This document shows positions 45,862 to 54,629 of a stretch of 64,000 bases of DNA, one piece after another; positions within the stretch are counted from its first letter, which is position 1, and each line of letters starts with the position of its first letter. The notes beneath the pieces were generated by a model that searched no databases, was not told where the DNA came from, and saw only the letters and a program-made list of their open reading frames with translations. The stretch covers positions 1-64,000 of the forward strand of contig JANOTL010000130.1 of NCBI GenBank assembly GCA_031416315.1, given 5' to 3'. The translations under genes and the position numbers were made by a program. This stretch comes from Pseudomonadota bacterium (GTDB lineage Bacteria; Bdellovibrionota_B; Oligoflexia; Oligoflexales; CAIYRB01).

Positions 45862-47367
45862 ATGCATTTTCGCCACGCGCGCCTGGTCGCGCCTGCCGCT
45901 CTTCTCGTGTGCTTCACGGCGTGCAAGGAGACGACGCACCTCCCCGAGCACGATGCGGGGCCGGCGGACGACGAGGCGGAGGTCTTGGCGAAAAGGACGC
46001 CGGCGAAGCCGCGAGGCGAAGGCCTGTACGCCGCCGACGCCGAGGCGTTGCAGAAGAACTCTACCTTCTTCTTCCGGATGTTCGACCAAGGCTTCTCGCG
46101 CAAGTTCGAAGACTTGCCCGCGGTCGGCGAGGTGCCCGAGGAGTCGAAGCCGATGTCGGGCGGCTACTACCCCGAGTCGACGGGCGGCACCGACGTCGCG
46201 GTCAACGGCAAGACCGCGCTCGCGAAGTACGACGAGGTCTTCAACGGCGAAGGCAAGGCGCAAGCCTGGGAGCGCGAGAAGCACGTGAGCGGGCCCGCCT
46301 GGGCCGGCCATTGCAACGGTTTCTCCGCCGCGGGCCAAAGACACCCGAAAGAGCCGTCGAAGACCGTCGTCAAGAACGGGGTCACCTTCGACCCGCGCGA
46401 CATCAAGGCTTTGATGGCCGAGATCCACATGAGCGCCGACTACGAGTTTCTCGGGGGCGCGCGCTGCGAGCTTGCGGCCCCGCCTTCCGTGGCCTCCCGC
46501 GCCGATCCGACGATCATGGGCGACTGCGAGGACATCAACCCGGGCACGCTCCACGCCGCCGTCGGCAACTGGATCGGCCGCAAGAAGCATGTCTTGATCA
46601 TCGACCAGTACTCCGGCGAGCAGGTCTGGAATTATCCGCTGGTGAAGTACGAATCCTCCTCCGCCGTCGTCAGCGAGACGGAGGCGAAGCGCATGGTCAC
46701 GGCCGGCGGTTCCGATTACATCTTCAATCCGCAGGCGGCGAAGTTCGTCGCCGTCACGATGAAGCTCGTCTACGTCGAGGCGCAAAAATCCGAGATCCTC
46801 GGCAAACGCTATTTGGCCGAGATGCCCTTGTCCTACGTCCTCGAGCTCAACGCCCAGGGCGAAATCCTGGGCGGCGAGTGGACCGGGCAAAGCCAGAAAG
46901 AGCATCCCGACTTCCTCTGGCTCGCGCTCGAGCCGCAACCGGGCAACGGCACGCGCTACATGGGGAACCCCCACCTCGACGCCAAAGAAGTGATCAAGCT
47001 CTGGGCCGAGTCGGCGGGCTTCGATCCGGACGATCCGCCGCAAGACGTCATGCGCCCCGCCGCGATCACCGACTGGGGCCGCTGGGCGACTTTCGAGGTG
47101 ACGCTCGACGGCCGCACCACCGGCGCGGTCTTCGCCGGGAAAAAAACCGTGCTCCGGGTGAAGCGGAAGGACACGCTCGCCAAAGCCGGCGTCACCCTCG
47201 ACGTCGGGATGAACGGCTCGGCGCTGACGAGCCTTGCCGGCGGCGCGGGCGACGAGCTCTCCTACGCCTTCGAGCCCGGGCCGGGACTAAACAGATTTCA
47301 GTTTACATTCAAGAAGGACGGCACGGTCCTCGAGGACCAGTTCTTACGCTTCCACGTCCTGCGCTGA
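45862..47367 (+). CDS. Transglutaminase-elicitor (GP42-like) family lipoprotein
   Basis: Lipobox FTAC; WAGHCNG, DINPGTLH, QVWNYP, YVLELNAQGEILGGEW, HPDFLW. Confidence 0.8.
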   Translation: MHFRHARLVAPAALLVCFTACKETTHLPEHDAGPADDEAEVLAKRTPAKPRGEGLYAADAEALQKNSTFFFRMFDQGFSRKFEDLPAVGEVPEESKPMSGGYYPESTGGTDVAVNGKTALAKYDEVFNGEGKAQAWEREKHVSGPAWAGHCNGFSAAGQRHPKEPSKTVVKNGVTFDPRDIKALMAEIHMSADYEFLGGARCELAAPPSVASRADPTIMGDCEDINPGTLHAAVGNWIGRKKHVLIIDQYSGEQVWNYPLVKYESSSAVVSETEAKRMVTAGGSDYIFNPQAAKFVAVTMKLVYVEAQKSEILGKRYLAEMPLSYVLELNAQGEILGGEWTGQSQKEHPDFLWLALEPQPGNGTRYMGNPHLDAKEVIKLWAESAGFDPDDPPQDVMRPAAITDWGRWATFEVTLDGRTTGAVFAGKKTVLRVKRKDTLAKAGVTLDVGMNGSALTSLAGGAGDELSYAFEPGPGLNRFQFTFKKDGTVLEDQFLRFHVLR

Positions 47368-47391
47368 AGGCCCGGACCGCCGGCGGGGGCC

Positions 47392-48096
47392 TCAGTCGAT
47401 CCATTCGTCCATGTCGATCGCGGGATCGAGGCGCAAGGCCAAGACCGCGACGGCCGAGCCCGGGCACGAGAAGAGGGCGATTTCTTCGTCGACCCTGTTG
47501 TAGTCGAGCGAGTTGCAGTCGTCTTCGAAGCCGATCGCGACGCTGCGTGCGTACATCGTCTTGCCGACGAAGCACTGCGGATTCGACGGCAGGTACGTCT
47601 CGCCGTCGCGCACCGTGCTGATCTTCAGCACGACCTTGGGCTTCGAGCACATGCCTTCGAGGTCGACTTGCTCGCCTTCTTTCGGCCAGGTCAAGGTCGC
47701 GGTCTTGCCGTCGTCGGTGACGATCGTCAGCGTGACGTCGTCGTCGTCCTGGCGCAGGCCCTTGATCGAGAGCTTGGCGCGGTCGCCGGTGATCGTTCCG
47801 TCCGATCCGTCGCCCTGGCTCGCGCTGCCGGAGCTGGAGCCTAAGCCCGAGCCGCCTTCGGCGCTGCCGCCGTCGCTGCCGTCGATTTCACCTACGTCGA
47901 GGCCGCCGTCGCTGCCTAGGCCGGACGAGCCGTTGCTAGTGGACCCGCCGGAGCCGCTGCCCGTCAGGGAGCCGCCGCCGCCGCTCTGAGACGCCTTCGA
48001 GCGCCGTCCCGTGGTCGAGCTGCCGCTGAAGTCGGCCGAGCCGCAGGCGACCAACAAAGACAAAAGCGCTGCACCAACACAAGTGACGTGTTTCAT
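47392..48096 (-). CDS. Lipoprotein with Gly/Ser-rich linker
   Basis: Lipobox LVAC; G/S low-complexity stretch; Cys-containing C-terminal domain. Confidence 0.7.
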   Translation of the reverse strand: MKHVTCVGAALLSLLVACGSADFSGSSTTGRRSKASQSGGGGSLTGSGSGGSTSNGSSGLGSDGGLDVGEIDGSDGGSAEGGSGLGSSSGSASQGDGSDGTITGDRAKLSIKGLRQDDDDVTLTIVTDDGKTATLTWPKEGEQVDLEGMCSKPKVVLKISTVRDGETYLPSNPQCFVGKTMYARSVAIGFEDDCNSLDYNRVDEEIALFSCPGSAVAVLALRLDPAIDMDEWID

Positions 48097-48201
48097 CGGG
48101 ACGCTCCTCTAGGGATAGCGCCTGATCGGCGCGGCGCCCGAGAAACTTGAACTTCCGACAAAAATCCACGCAATTCGGAAAGATCGCCGCGGGTTTTATC
48201 T

Positions 48202-48750
48202 TTATCCCTTCAGCCGCCGCGTCCATCCCGCGAGCGCCTCGAGCTGCGCCCCGATCAGCTGGCGCGTCGCTTCGTCGGTGAGCTTGCCCTCGCCGTCGAA
48301 CTTGTCCTGGGCCTTGCCGATGAAGATCTCCGGCTTGTTCAGAACGTGGGCGTCGAGGAACACGAAAACCTGGCGCAGGTGATACTGGGCACGCGCCGTG
48401 CCGAGAACGCCCATCGAGGCGCCCAGGATGGCGACGGGTTTGCCCTGGAAGGGCTGCGGCTTCCCCCGCGAGGCCCAATCGATCGCGTTCTTGAGCCCGC
48501 CGGGAATCGAGTAGTTGTACTCTGGCGTCGCGATCAACACGGCGTCGGCCGCGGCGATCTTGGCGACGAAGGTCTTCACGCTTTGCGGACGGCTTTGGTC
48601 GTTGTCGAGGTCGCCGTTATAAACCGGCAAGTCCGCGATCTCGCCGATCTCGATCTTCATGCCCGCGGGCGCTGCGGCTTGAGCCGCACGCAGAGTCGCC
48701 GTATTGAAAGAGCCCTTGCGCAGGCTCCCCGAAATGCCGAGAACGTTCAT
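48202..48750 (-). CDS. NAD(P)H-dependent FMN reductase (ChrR/YieF-like)
   Basis: GSLRKGSFN, TPEYNYSIPGGLKNAIDW, GTARAQYHLRQ. Confidence 0.92.
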   Translation of the reverse strand: MNVLGISGSLRKGSFNTATLRAAQAAAPAGMKIEIGEIADLPVYNGDLDNDQSRPQSVKTFVAKIAAADAVLIATPEYNYSIPGGLKNAIDWASRGKPQPFQGKPVAILGASMGVLGTARAQYHLRQVFVFLDAHVLNKPEIFIGKAQDKFDGEGKLTDEATRQLIGAQLEALAGWTRRLKG

Positions 48751-49742
48751 AGGCGGAAATCCCTCAGTGCGTCTTCTTTGACGGCGATGCTGGCTTTGCC
48801 GCGCACCTCCTTGGTCAGTTCTTCTCTGGCCGCTTTCTCCGCGGCGACCTTCACCTCTGCGGCGACTTGCTCGTAAAGGACGCCGTCGTCGCCTTGCACG
48901 TCCTCGACCTTGATCACGTGCCAGCCGAAGCGTGACTGCGTCAGCGCCGCGAGCTCGCCCTTTTTCGTCGCAAACGCCACCTGGTCGAACTCCGGCAGCA
49001 TCCGCCCGCGCGGGAACCAGCCGAGCTCGCCGCCGTTCTGCGCGCCCGGCGCTTTCGAGCGCGCCTTGGCCAGCGCCGAGAAATCCGCGCCCGGCTTCTT
49101 AGCCAGCTCTAGGACGGCCTTCGCCTCGGCCTCGTCCTTAAGGAGGATGTGCGAGGCCTTGATCTTTTTCTGCGAGAACTCGGCCTTGTGGGCAGCGAAG
49201 AAACGGCGCAGCGACGCTTCGTCGGTGACGCGTGCTACGCGCTTTTTCTGGTAGAGCTGCGCGAGGATGTTGATCCTTGCGGCCGCGAGCAGCTCGGCAT
49301 AGTTCGGATCCAGCTCGACGCCGGCAGAGATCGCCGCCTTGGCCAAAAGGCGGTTGTCCACCATTTGATCGAGCAGCTGCCGCCGCGTCGTCGGATTGGT
49401 CGCCAGCGCCTGACCCCGCGCGCCGACAGCCTCCGCCGTCTGCCTAAGGTCCGAGTCCATGATCGGCTCGCCGTCGATGGTGACGAGCGCCTGCGGCCCC
49501 CGTCGCCCGGGAGGCGGGGTCACCGCCTGATCAGGCGCCTTCGTCTCCAGCGGCGTTCCTGCCCCGACTCCAACCGGCGCTTCCGGCTGGGACGCGGGCG
49601 CCGAAGGCATCTCCGCCGCCCCGGCCCCGGCCGGCGGCGCGCTCTTGTCCGCCGCCTCCGCGGAGAGGGTCGTCACGACAATCAAGAACAAAGGCACGAC
49701 CGCCGCGCGCAGCCCAGGACTGATATGAGGAATCATCACCAT
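48747..49742 (-). CDS. Parvulin-type peptidylprolyl isomerase (PpiC/PrsA-like)
   Basis: ASHILL, FSALAK, GGELGWF, FGWHVIK; signal peptide. Confidence 0.9.
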   Translation of the reverse strand: MVMIPHISPGLRAAVVPLFLIVVTTLSAEAADKSAPPAGAGAAEMPSAPASQPEAPVGVGAGTPLETKAPDQAVTPPPGRRGPQALVTIDGEPIMDSDLRQTAEAVGARGQALATNPTTRRQLLDQMVDNRLLAKAAISAGVELDPNYAELLAAARINILAQLYQKKRVARVTDEASLRRFFAAHKAEFSQKKIKASHILLKDEAEAKAVLELAKKPGADFSALAKARSKAPGAQNGGELGWFPRGRMLPEFDQVAFATKKGELAALTQSRFGWHVIKVEDVQGDDGVLYEQVAAEVKVAAEKAAREELTKEVRGKASIAVKEDALRDFRL

Positions 49743-49770
49743 CGCTCACTCCCTGCTGAAAATCCGGACC

Positions 49771-52302
49771 TCAGCGCCGCACGGCGCCGCAACTCTCACC
49801 GAGCCACGCCACCAGTGCCTCCATCTCCTGCTCGACCTCCTGGTCGATCAGGGTGCGCTCATTCGACTGGAAGCTGAACGCATATGCCAAAGACTTCTTC
49901 CCCGCCGGCAACTTGTCCGACTCCGCGAAGACGTCGAAGAGCGCGGCGTCACGGAGATTTTTCTTCTTCTTGAACTGCTTGATCGCCTTCGTCACGGCCT
50001 CGTGCGTGAGCGCCCGATCCACGAGGATCGCCAGATCGCGCGTCACCGGCGGGAAGCGCCGGATCTCCGAGCTCACTTTCAAGCCTTTCCCTCGCACGTC
50101 GAACAGGATCTCCAGGTCGACCTCGAGCACGACCGGAACGGCCTCGCCGAAGCCCAAGGCCGCCGCGGCTCGCGGATGCAGCTCGCCGACGTAGCCCGCC
50201 GTCCGGCCGCCAAGGCTCAGCACCGCGGCCGCGCCAGGGTGCAGGAACGGAAAATCCGCCGCGCCCGGCCGCGCCATCTGCGCGCCCTCGATCGCGAACG
50301 CCTTCAGAAGCGACTGCAAAGCCGCTTTGCCGTGATAAAACGCCGCCCGCGCTTCGTTCGGCGCGTCCCAGCTCTTCTCGCGATAGGGCTGGTCCAGCAC
50401 GGCCGCGAGCCAATGTCTTTCGGTCAATCGTCCTTGATCCTGCCTCGCGCGCGGCCCGATGTGCCGCGCCGGCCGCGCGAGATGCTTCCACGTCGGAAAC
50501 TGCGCCGCGTCGACCGGCTTCGCCGCGAAGTCGAAGTAGCCGCGCCCGGCCTCGAAGAGCCGCGCCCCGCGCGCTCCGTGGCGCCGGTTCGCCAGCAAGG
50601 CGCCGAGGAGATTCGGCACCAGGAAGGTCCGCATCCACGGCACCGTCTCCTGCAGCGGATTCGCCAGCTGCACGGTCGGCCGCAAAGGATGACCTTCGCC
50701 CAATCCCAGGGCCGAGAGCGCGTCTTCGCCGAGAAACGGGAAGCTGATCGTCTCGCGGTAGCCGGTCGCCGCCAGCGCCAACCGGGCTTTCTCCTGGAAC
50801 TCGATGAACTCGTCCTCGACGTTCGGCCGGATGCTCATCACCGGCAAGCTCATCGGGATCTTGTCGAAGCCGTAGAGCCGCGCGATCTCCTCGATCAGGT
50901 CGACCTCGCGCTCGACGTCTCCGCGCCACGAGGGCACCTCGAAGACCATGCGGCCCGCGACCGTCTCGTCCAAAAGCCGAAACTGGAGCCCCGTCAAGAT
51001 CTCCACCGCCTCGTCGCGCGTGAGCTTCGGCAACGCCAAGAGCCGCTGCGCCTGCTCGAGCCGCAAGGCCACCGGCCTCGGCGTGCGCTCGACCGGCGCG
51101 CAGTCGATCGCCTCTTTCGCGATCTCGACCTCCGGCGCATGGTCGGCGATCAGCTGCGCGACGCGGAACGCGACCGTGGACAAGCGCTCGATGTCGATCC
51201 CGCGCTCGAAGCGATGCGACGCCTCCGTATGCAGGGAAAGCCGGCGCGCCGTCTTGCGAATCCGTCGCGGGGCGAAGGCCGCGACCTCGATGATCACGTT
51301 CTTCGTGTCGCTTTTCACTTCGGAGTCTGCGCCGCCCATGATGCCGGCGAGGCCGATCGCGCCCTCGGCGTCGGCGATCACCAGGTCGCCCTCCTCGAGC
51401 ACGCGCTTCGCGCCGTCGAGCGTCGTCAAGGTCTCGCCGGCGGTCGCCGAGCGCACTTCGATGACTTTGCCGCGGATCTTCCGCTCGTCGTACGCATGCA
51501 CGGGCTGCCCGAACTCGAGCAGCGCGTAGTTCGTCGCGTCGACGACGAGGTTGATCGGCCGCTGTCCGGAGGCCTCGAGCCGCTTCTGCATCCACGCCGG
51601 CGACGGCACGACGCCGACGTTCTTCACGTAAAGGGCGACGAAGCGCGGGCACAGCTCAGAGTCCGCGACACGCACCTCGACCTGGGTCGCGGTCGTGAGC
51701 GTCTCGCTCTTTTTCGGCGCCGACTTCGGCTCTTTCAGGGGGCGTTTCAGCTTCGCCGCCAGGTCCCGCGCCAGGCCGATGTAGCCCAGGCAGTCGGCTC
51801 GGTTCGGCGTCACGTTCACGGTCAGGATGGCGTCCTCGAGGCCGAGGAGCTTGCCCACGCTCACGCCGAGGGGGCTCCCATCCTTCAGCTCGATGATGCC
51901 CTCGGCGTCCTTCGAGATGCCGAGCTCGTCCGCGCTGCACAGCATGCCGCTCGAGTTCTCGCCGCGGATCTTCGACTTCTTGATCTTGAAGTCGCCGGGG
52001 AGCACCGCGCCGACCTTCGCCACCGCCACGAAAAGCCCTTCGCGCGCGTTCGGCGCGCCGCAGACGATCTCCAAGGGCTCGGCCCCGTCGCCGACGTCGA
52101 CTTTGCAGCAGCGGAGCGTGTCCGCGTTCGGGTGCTTCACCGCCGACAGGACCTTGCCGACCACGACGTCGGAGGAGAACGCGGCTTTCGCCTCCGTGCC
52201 CTCGATCTCCAGGCCGATCGACGTGAAGGCCGCAGAGACCTCTTCGGTCTTCAGGCCGGTGAGGTCGACGTAGTCATTGAGCCAGTTGAGCGAGATTTGC
52301 AT
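49771..52302 (-). CDS. pheT: Phenylalanine--tRNA ligase beta subunit
   Basis: MQISLNWL, HPNAD, CGAPN, TPNRADC, RFERG, DLIEEIAR, RDLA, GKKSLA. Confidence 0.96.
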   Translation of the reverse strand: MQISLNWLNDYVDLTGLKTEEVSAAFTSIGLEIEGTEAKAAFSSDVVVGKVLSAVKHPNADTLRCCKVDVGDGAEPLEIVCGAPNAREGLFVAVAKVGAVLPGDFKIKKSKIRGENSSGMLCSADELGISKDAEGIIELKDGSPLGVSVGKLLGLEDAILTVNVTPNRADCLGYIGLARDLAAKLKRPLKEPKSAPKKSETLTTATQVEVRVADSELCPRFVALYVKNVGVVPSPAWMQKRLEASGQRPINLVVDATNYALLEFGQPVHAYDERKIRGKVIEVRSATAGETLTTLDGAKRVLEEGDLVIADAEGAIGLAGIMGGADSEVKSDTKNVIIEVAAFAPRRIRKTARRLSLHTEASHRFERGIDIERLSTVAFRVAQLIADHAPEVEIAKEAIDCAPVERTPRPVALRLEQAQRLLALPKLTRDEAVEILTGLQFRLLDETVAGRMVFEVPSWRGDVEREVDLIEEIARLYGFDKIPMSLPVMSIRPNVEDEFIEFQEKARLALAATGYRETISFPFLGEDALSALGLGEGHPLRPTVQLANPLQETVPWMRTFLVPNLLGALLANRRHGARGARLFEAGRGYFDFAAKPVDAAQFPTWKHLARPARHIGPRARQDQGRLTERHWLAAVLDQPYREKSWDAPNEARAAFYHGKAALQSLLKAFAIEGAQMARPGAADFPFLHPGAAAVLSLGGRTAGYVGELHPRAAAALGFGEAVPVVLEVDLEILFDVRGKGLKVSSEIRRFPPVTRDLAILVDRALTHEAVTKAIKQFKKKKNLRDAALFDVFAESDKLPAGKKSLAYAFSFQSNERTLIDQEVEQEMEALVAWLGESCGAVRR

Positions 52303-52310
52303 CGTGCCTT

Positions 52311-53363
52311 CTAGGTGAACGTCGGGAATTGTTGCAGGAAGGGGTCCGAGCCCTCGAAGAGCTGGCGCAGGTCCTCGAGCTTGTATTTCAGCATCGCCAT
52401 GCGGTCGATGCCGAAGCCGAAGGCGAAGCCCGTGTAGTACTCGCTGTCGTATTCGACGGCCTCGAAGACGTTCGGATGGATCATCCCGGCGCCGCCGACC
52501 TCGAGCCAGCCGGTCTGCTTGCAGAGGCGGCAGCCCTTGCCGCTGCAATGCACGCACATCAGGTCCATCTCCGCGCCCGGCTCGACGAACGGAAAGAAGC
52601 TCGGCCGGAGCCGCGTCTTCATGCTCGAGCCGAAGATCGCCTTCATGAAGGCGTCGATCACGCCCTTCATGTGGCCGAAGGTGATGTTCTTGTCGACGAC
52701 GAACGCTTCGATCTGGTGGAACATCGGCGTATGCGTCGCGTCGGAGTCCCAGCGGAAGACGCGGCCGGGGGCCACGATCCTGAGCGGCGGCTTCTCGTTC
52801 AGCATGCAGTGCACTTGGATGTTCGACGTGTGGGTGCGCAGGAGGAGCTCCTTTTGCCCTTTCACGTAGAAGGTGTCCTGCATGTCGCGCGCCGGATGGT
52901 CGTCCGGGAAGTTCAGCGAGCGGAAGTTGTAGAAGTCGTAGTCGATCTCCGGCCCATCGTAGACGGTGAAGCCCATGCGCCGGAACTCGGCGAGGAGCTC
53001 GCGCCGGATCAGGGTCACCGGATGCAGGGATCCGCTCGGCAGGAGCGCTTCGGTCGGCAGGCTGATGTCGAGCGGCTCGGCGCTCACCTTCGCGTCGACC
53101 GCGAAGGCCTCCGCTTTCGTCTTCAGCTCGAAGACGCGCGCCTCCACGCGCTGCTTCAAGACGTTGACCGCCTTGCCGAGCAAAGGCCTCTCCTCCTTCG
53201 TCGCCTCGCGGAGGCTCTCCAGGAGCTTCGTCACCTTGCCGCTCTTGCCGAGCCAGGCGAGGCGCATGGCCTCGACCGACTTCGGATCCGGCGAGGCCTC
53301 GAGCGCCGTCGCGGCCCTCTCGAACTCGGCCGCGTATTCCTCGGACATTTTGACCAGGCTCAC
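52311..53363 (-). CDS. pheS: Phenylalanine--tRNA ligase alpha subunit
   Basis: HPARDMQDTF, LRTHTS, FHQIE, FPFVEP, GFAFGFGIDR. GTG start overlaps the upstream stop. Confidence 0.96.
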   Translation of the reverse strand: MSLVKMSEEYAAEFERAATALEASPDPKSVEAMRLAWLGKSGKVTKLLESLREATKEERPLLGKAVNVLKQRVEARVFELKTKAEAFAVDAKVSAEPLDISLPTEALLPSGSLHPVTLIRRELLAEFRRMGFTVYDGPEIDYDFYNFRSLNFPDDHPARDMQDTFYVKGQKELLLRTHTSNIQVHCMLNEKPPLRIVAPGRVFRWDSDATHTPMFHQIEAFVVDKNITFGHMKGVIDAFMKAIFGSSMKTRLRPSFFPFVEPGAEMDLMCVHCSGKGCRLCKQTGWLEVGGAGMIHPNVFEAVEYDSEYYTGFAFGFGIDRMAMLKYKLEDLRQLFEGSDPFLQQFPTFT

Positions 53364-54535
53364 TTCAAGCTCTCCAGCGCGCTCGCAAGGCGCCCAAGTC
53401 CGTCTTCGATCGTCTTCTCGTCGGTCGCGTACGACAGGCGGAGGAAGCCGGGCGCGCCGAACGCCTCGCCTGGCACCATCGCGACGTTCTCTTTCATCAG
53501 CAAGCGGTCGCTGAACGCGAACGTGTCCTTCACCAGCTTGCGCAGGTCGATGAACACATAGAACGCGCCGTGGGGCTGGACCAGGTCGACGCCGGGCATT
53601 TTGCGCAAAAGCGAGACCGCGAGGTCCCGACGCCGGCGCATGGTCTCGAAGCCGTCCGCCAAAAGGGCCTTGCCCTGACCGATGGCGAACGTCGCCGCTT
53701 CCTCGATGAAGGGCGGCAGGCAGGTCGACGAATGACTCTGCAGATCGCGCACCATTTTCATCACGCCGGTCGGGCCGGCGCAGTACCCGACGCGCCAGCC
53801 CGTCATCGCAAAGCCCTTCGACATGCCGTTGACGTGGATGTAGCGGTCCGCGAGCTCCGGAAACAGCGTCCCGAGCGACAGGTGCTTCCGGTCGAACGCG
53901 AGGTACTCGTAAATCTCGTCGGAGATGATCCACCACGGCTTCGTGCGCAGGTACTCGCCGAGCTCGCGCGTCAGCTTCTCGGAGAACATGTAGCCCGCCG
54001 GGTTATTCGGCGAGTTGAGGACGATTGCCGTCGTCCTGTCGGTCGCCAGGCTCTCGAGCATCTCCACAGTCAGAGGCTCGTCCGCGACGTTCTTCGACAG
54101 GGGCAGAAACACGGGCTTGCCGCCGGCCGCCAGCACCTGGTCCGGGTAGCTCACCCAGTAAGGTGTCGGCACGAGCACCTCGTCGCCGTCGTTGAGGAGC
54201 GCCAGGAAAATGTGGAAAAGGAGCTCTTTCGCGCCGATGCCGCAGACGATGTCGCCCTCGGGGAACGAGAGCCCGTTCTCGCGGGAAAGCTTCGCGGCGA
54301 TCGCCGCGCGGAACTCGGGGCCGCCGCCGGCGGCGCCGTACTTCGTCTTCCCGGCCTGGAGGGCCTTCACGGCGACGTCCACCACGCTCGCGGGCGTCGG
54401 AAAGTCCGGCTCGCCGACCGCGAAGCTCAGGACCTTGATGCCGTCCCGCGCGAGAGCCTTGGCCTTCCCGTTCAGCGCGACGGTCGGGGAGGACTTGACG
54501 GCAGAGATCCTACGGGAGACGGACGCGTGCGGCAT
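53360..54535 (-). CDS. Class I/II PLP-dependent aminotransferase (AspC-like)
   Basis: GEPDF, NSPNNPAG, SDEIYE, SKGFAMTGWRVGY. Confidence 0.93.
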   Translation of the reverse strand: MPHASVSRRISAVKSSPTVALNGKAKALARDGIKVLSFAVGEPDFPTPASVVDVAVKALQAGKTKYGAAGGGPEFRAAIAAKLSRENGLSFPEGDIVCGIGAKELLFHIFLALLNDGDEVLVPTPYWVSYPDQVLAAGGKPVFLPLSKNVADEPLTVEMLESLATDRTTAIVLNSPNNPAGYMFSEKLTRELGEYLRTKPWWIISDEIYEYLAFDRKHLSLGTLFPELADRYIHVNGMSKGFAMTGWRVGYCAGPTGVMKMVRDLQSHSSTCLPPFIEEAATFAIGQGKALLADGFETMRRRRDLAVSLLRKMPGVDLVQPHGAFYVFIDLRKLVKDTFAFSDRLLMKENVAMVPGEAFGAPGFLRLSYATDEKTIEDGLGRLASALESLK

Positions 54536-54629
54536 GACGTGCTGGTCCCTTCATAAAGCCTAAAACCTTTGGCCCATTAAGCCTTTGGCGCTGACGCCGC
54601 GCAACAGGAATGATACGGATCTGCGGGCA

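Noticed and set aside
50002..52314. Long antisense ORFs (also 24449..26353, 56628..58472, 4209..5723, 38602..40113)
   Set aside because: These are typical stop-poor shadows of real genes in high-GC DNA, with no motifs.
52490..52570. CxxC..CxxC motif in PheS as a novelty
   Set aside because: This zinc-finger-like insert is widespread in bacterial PheS.
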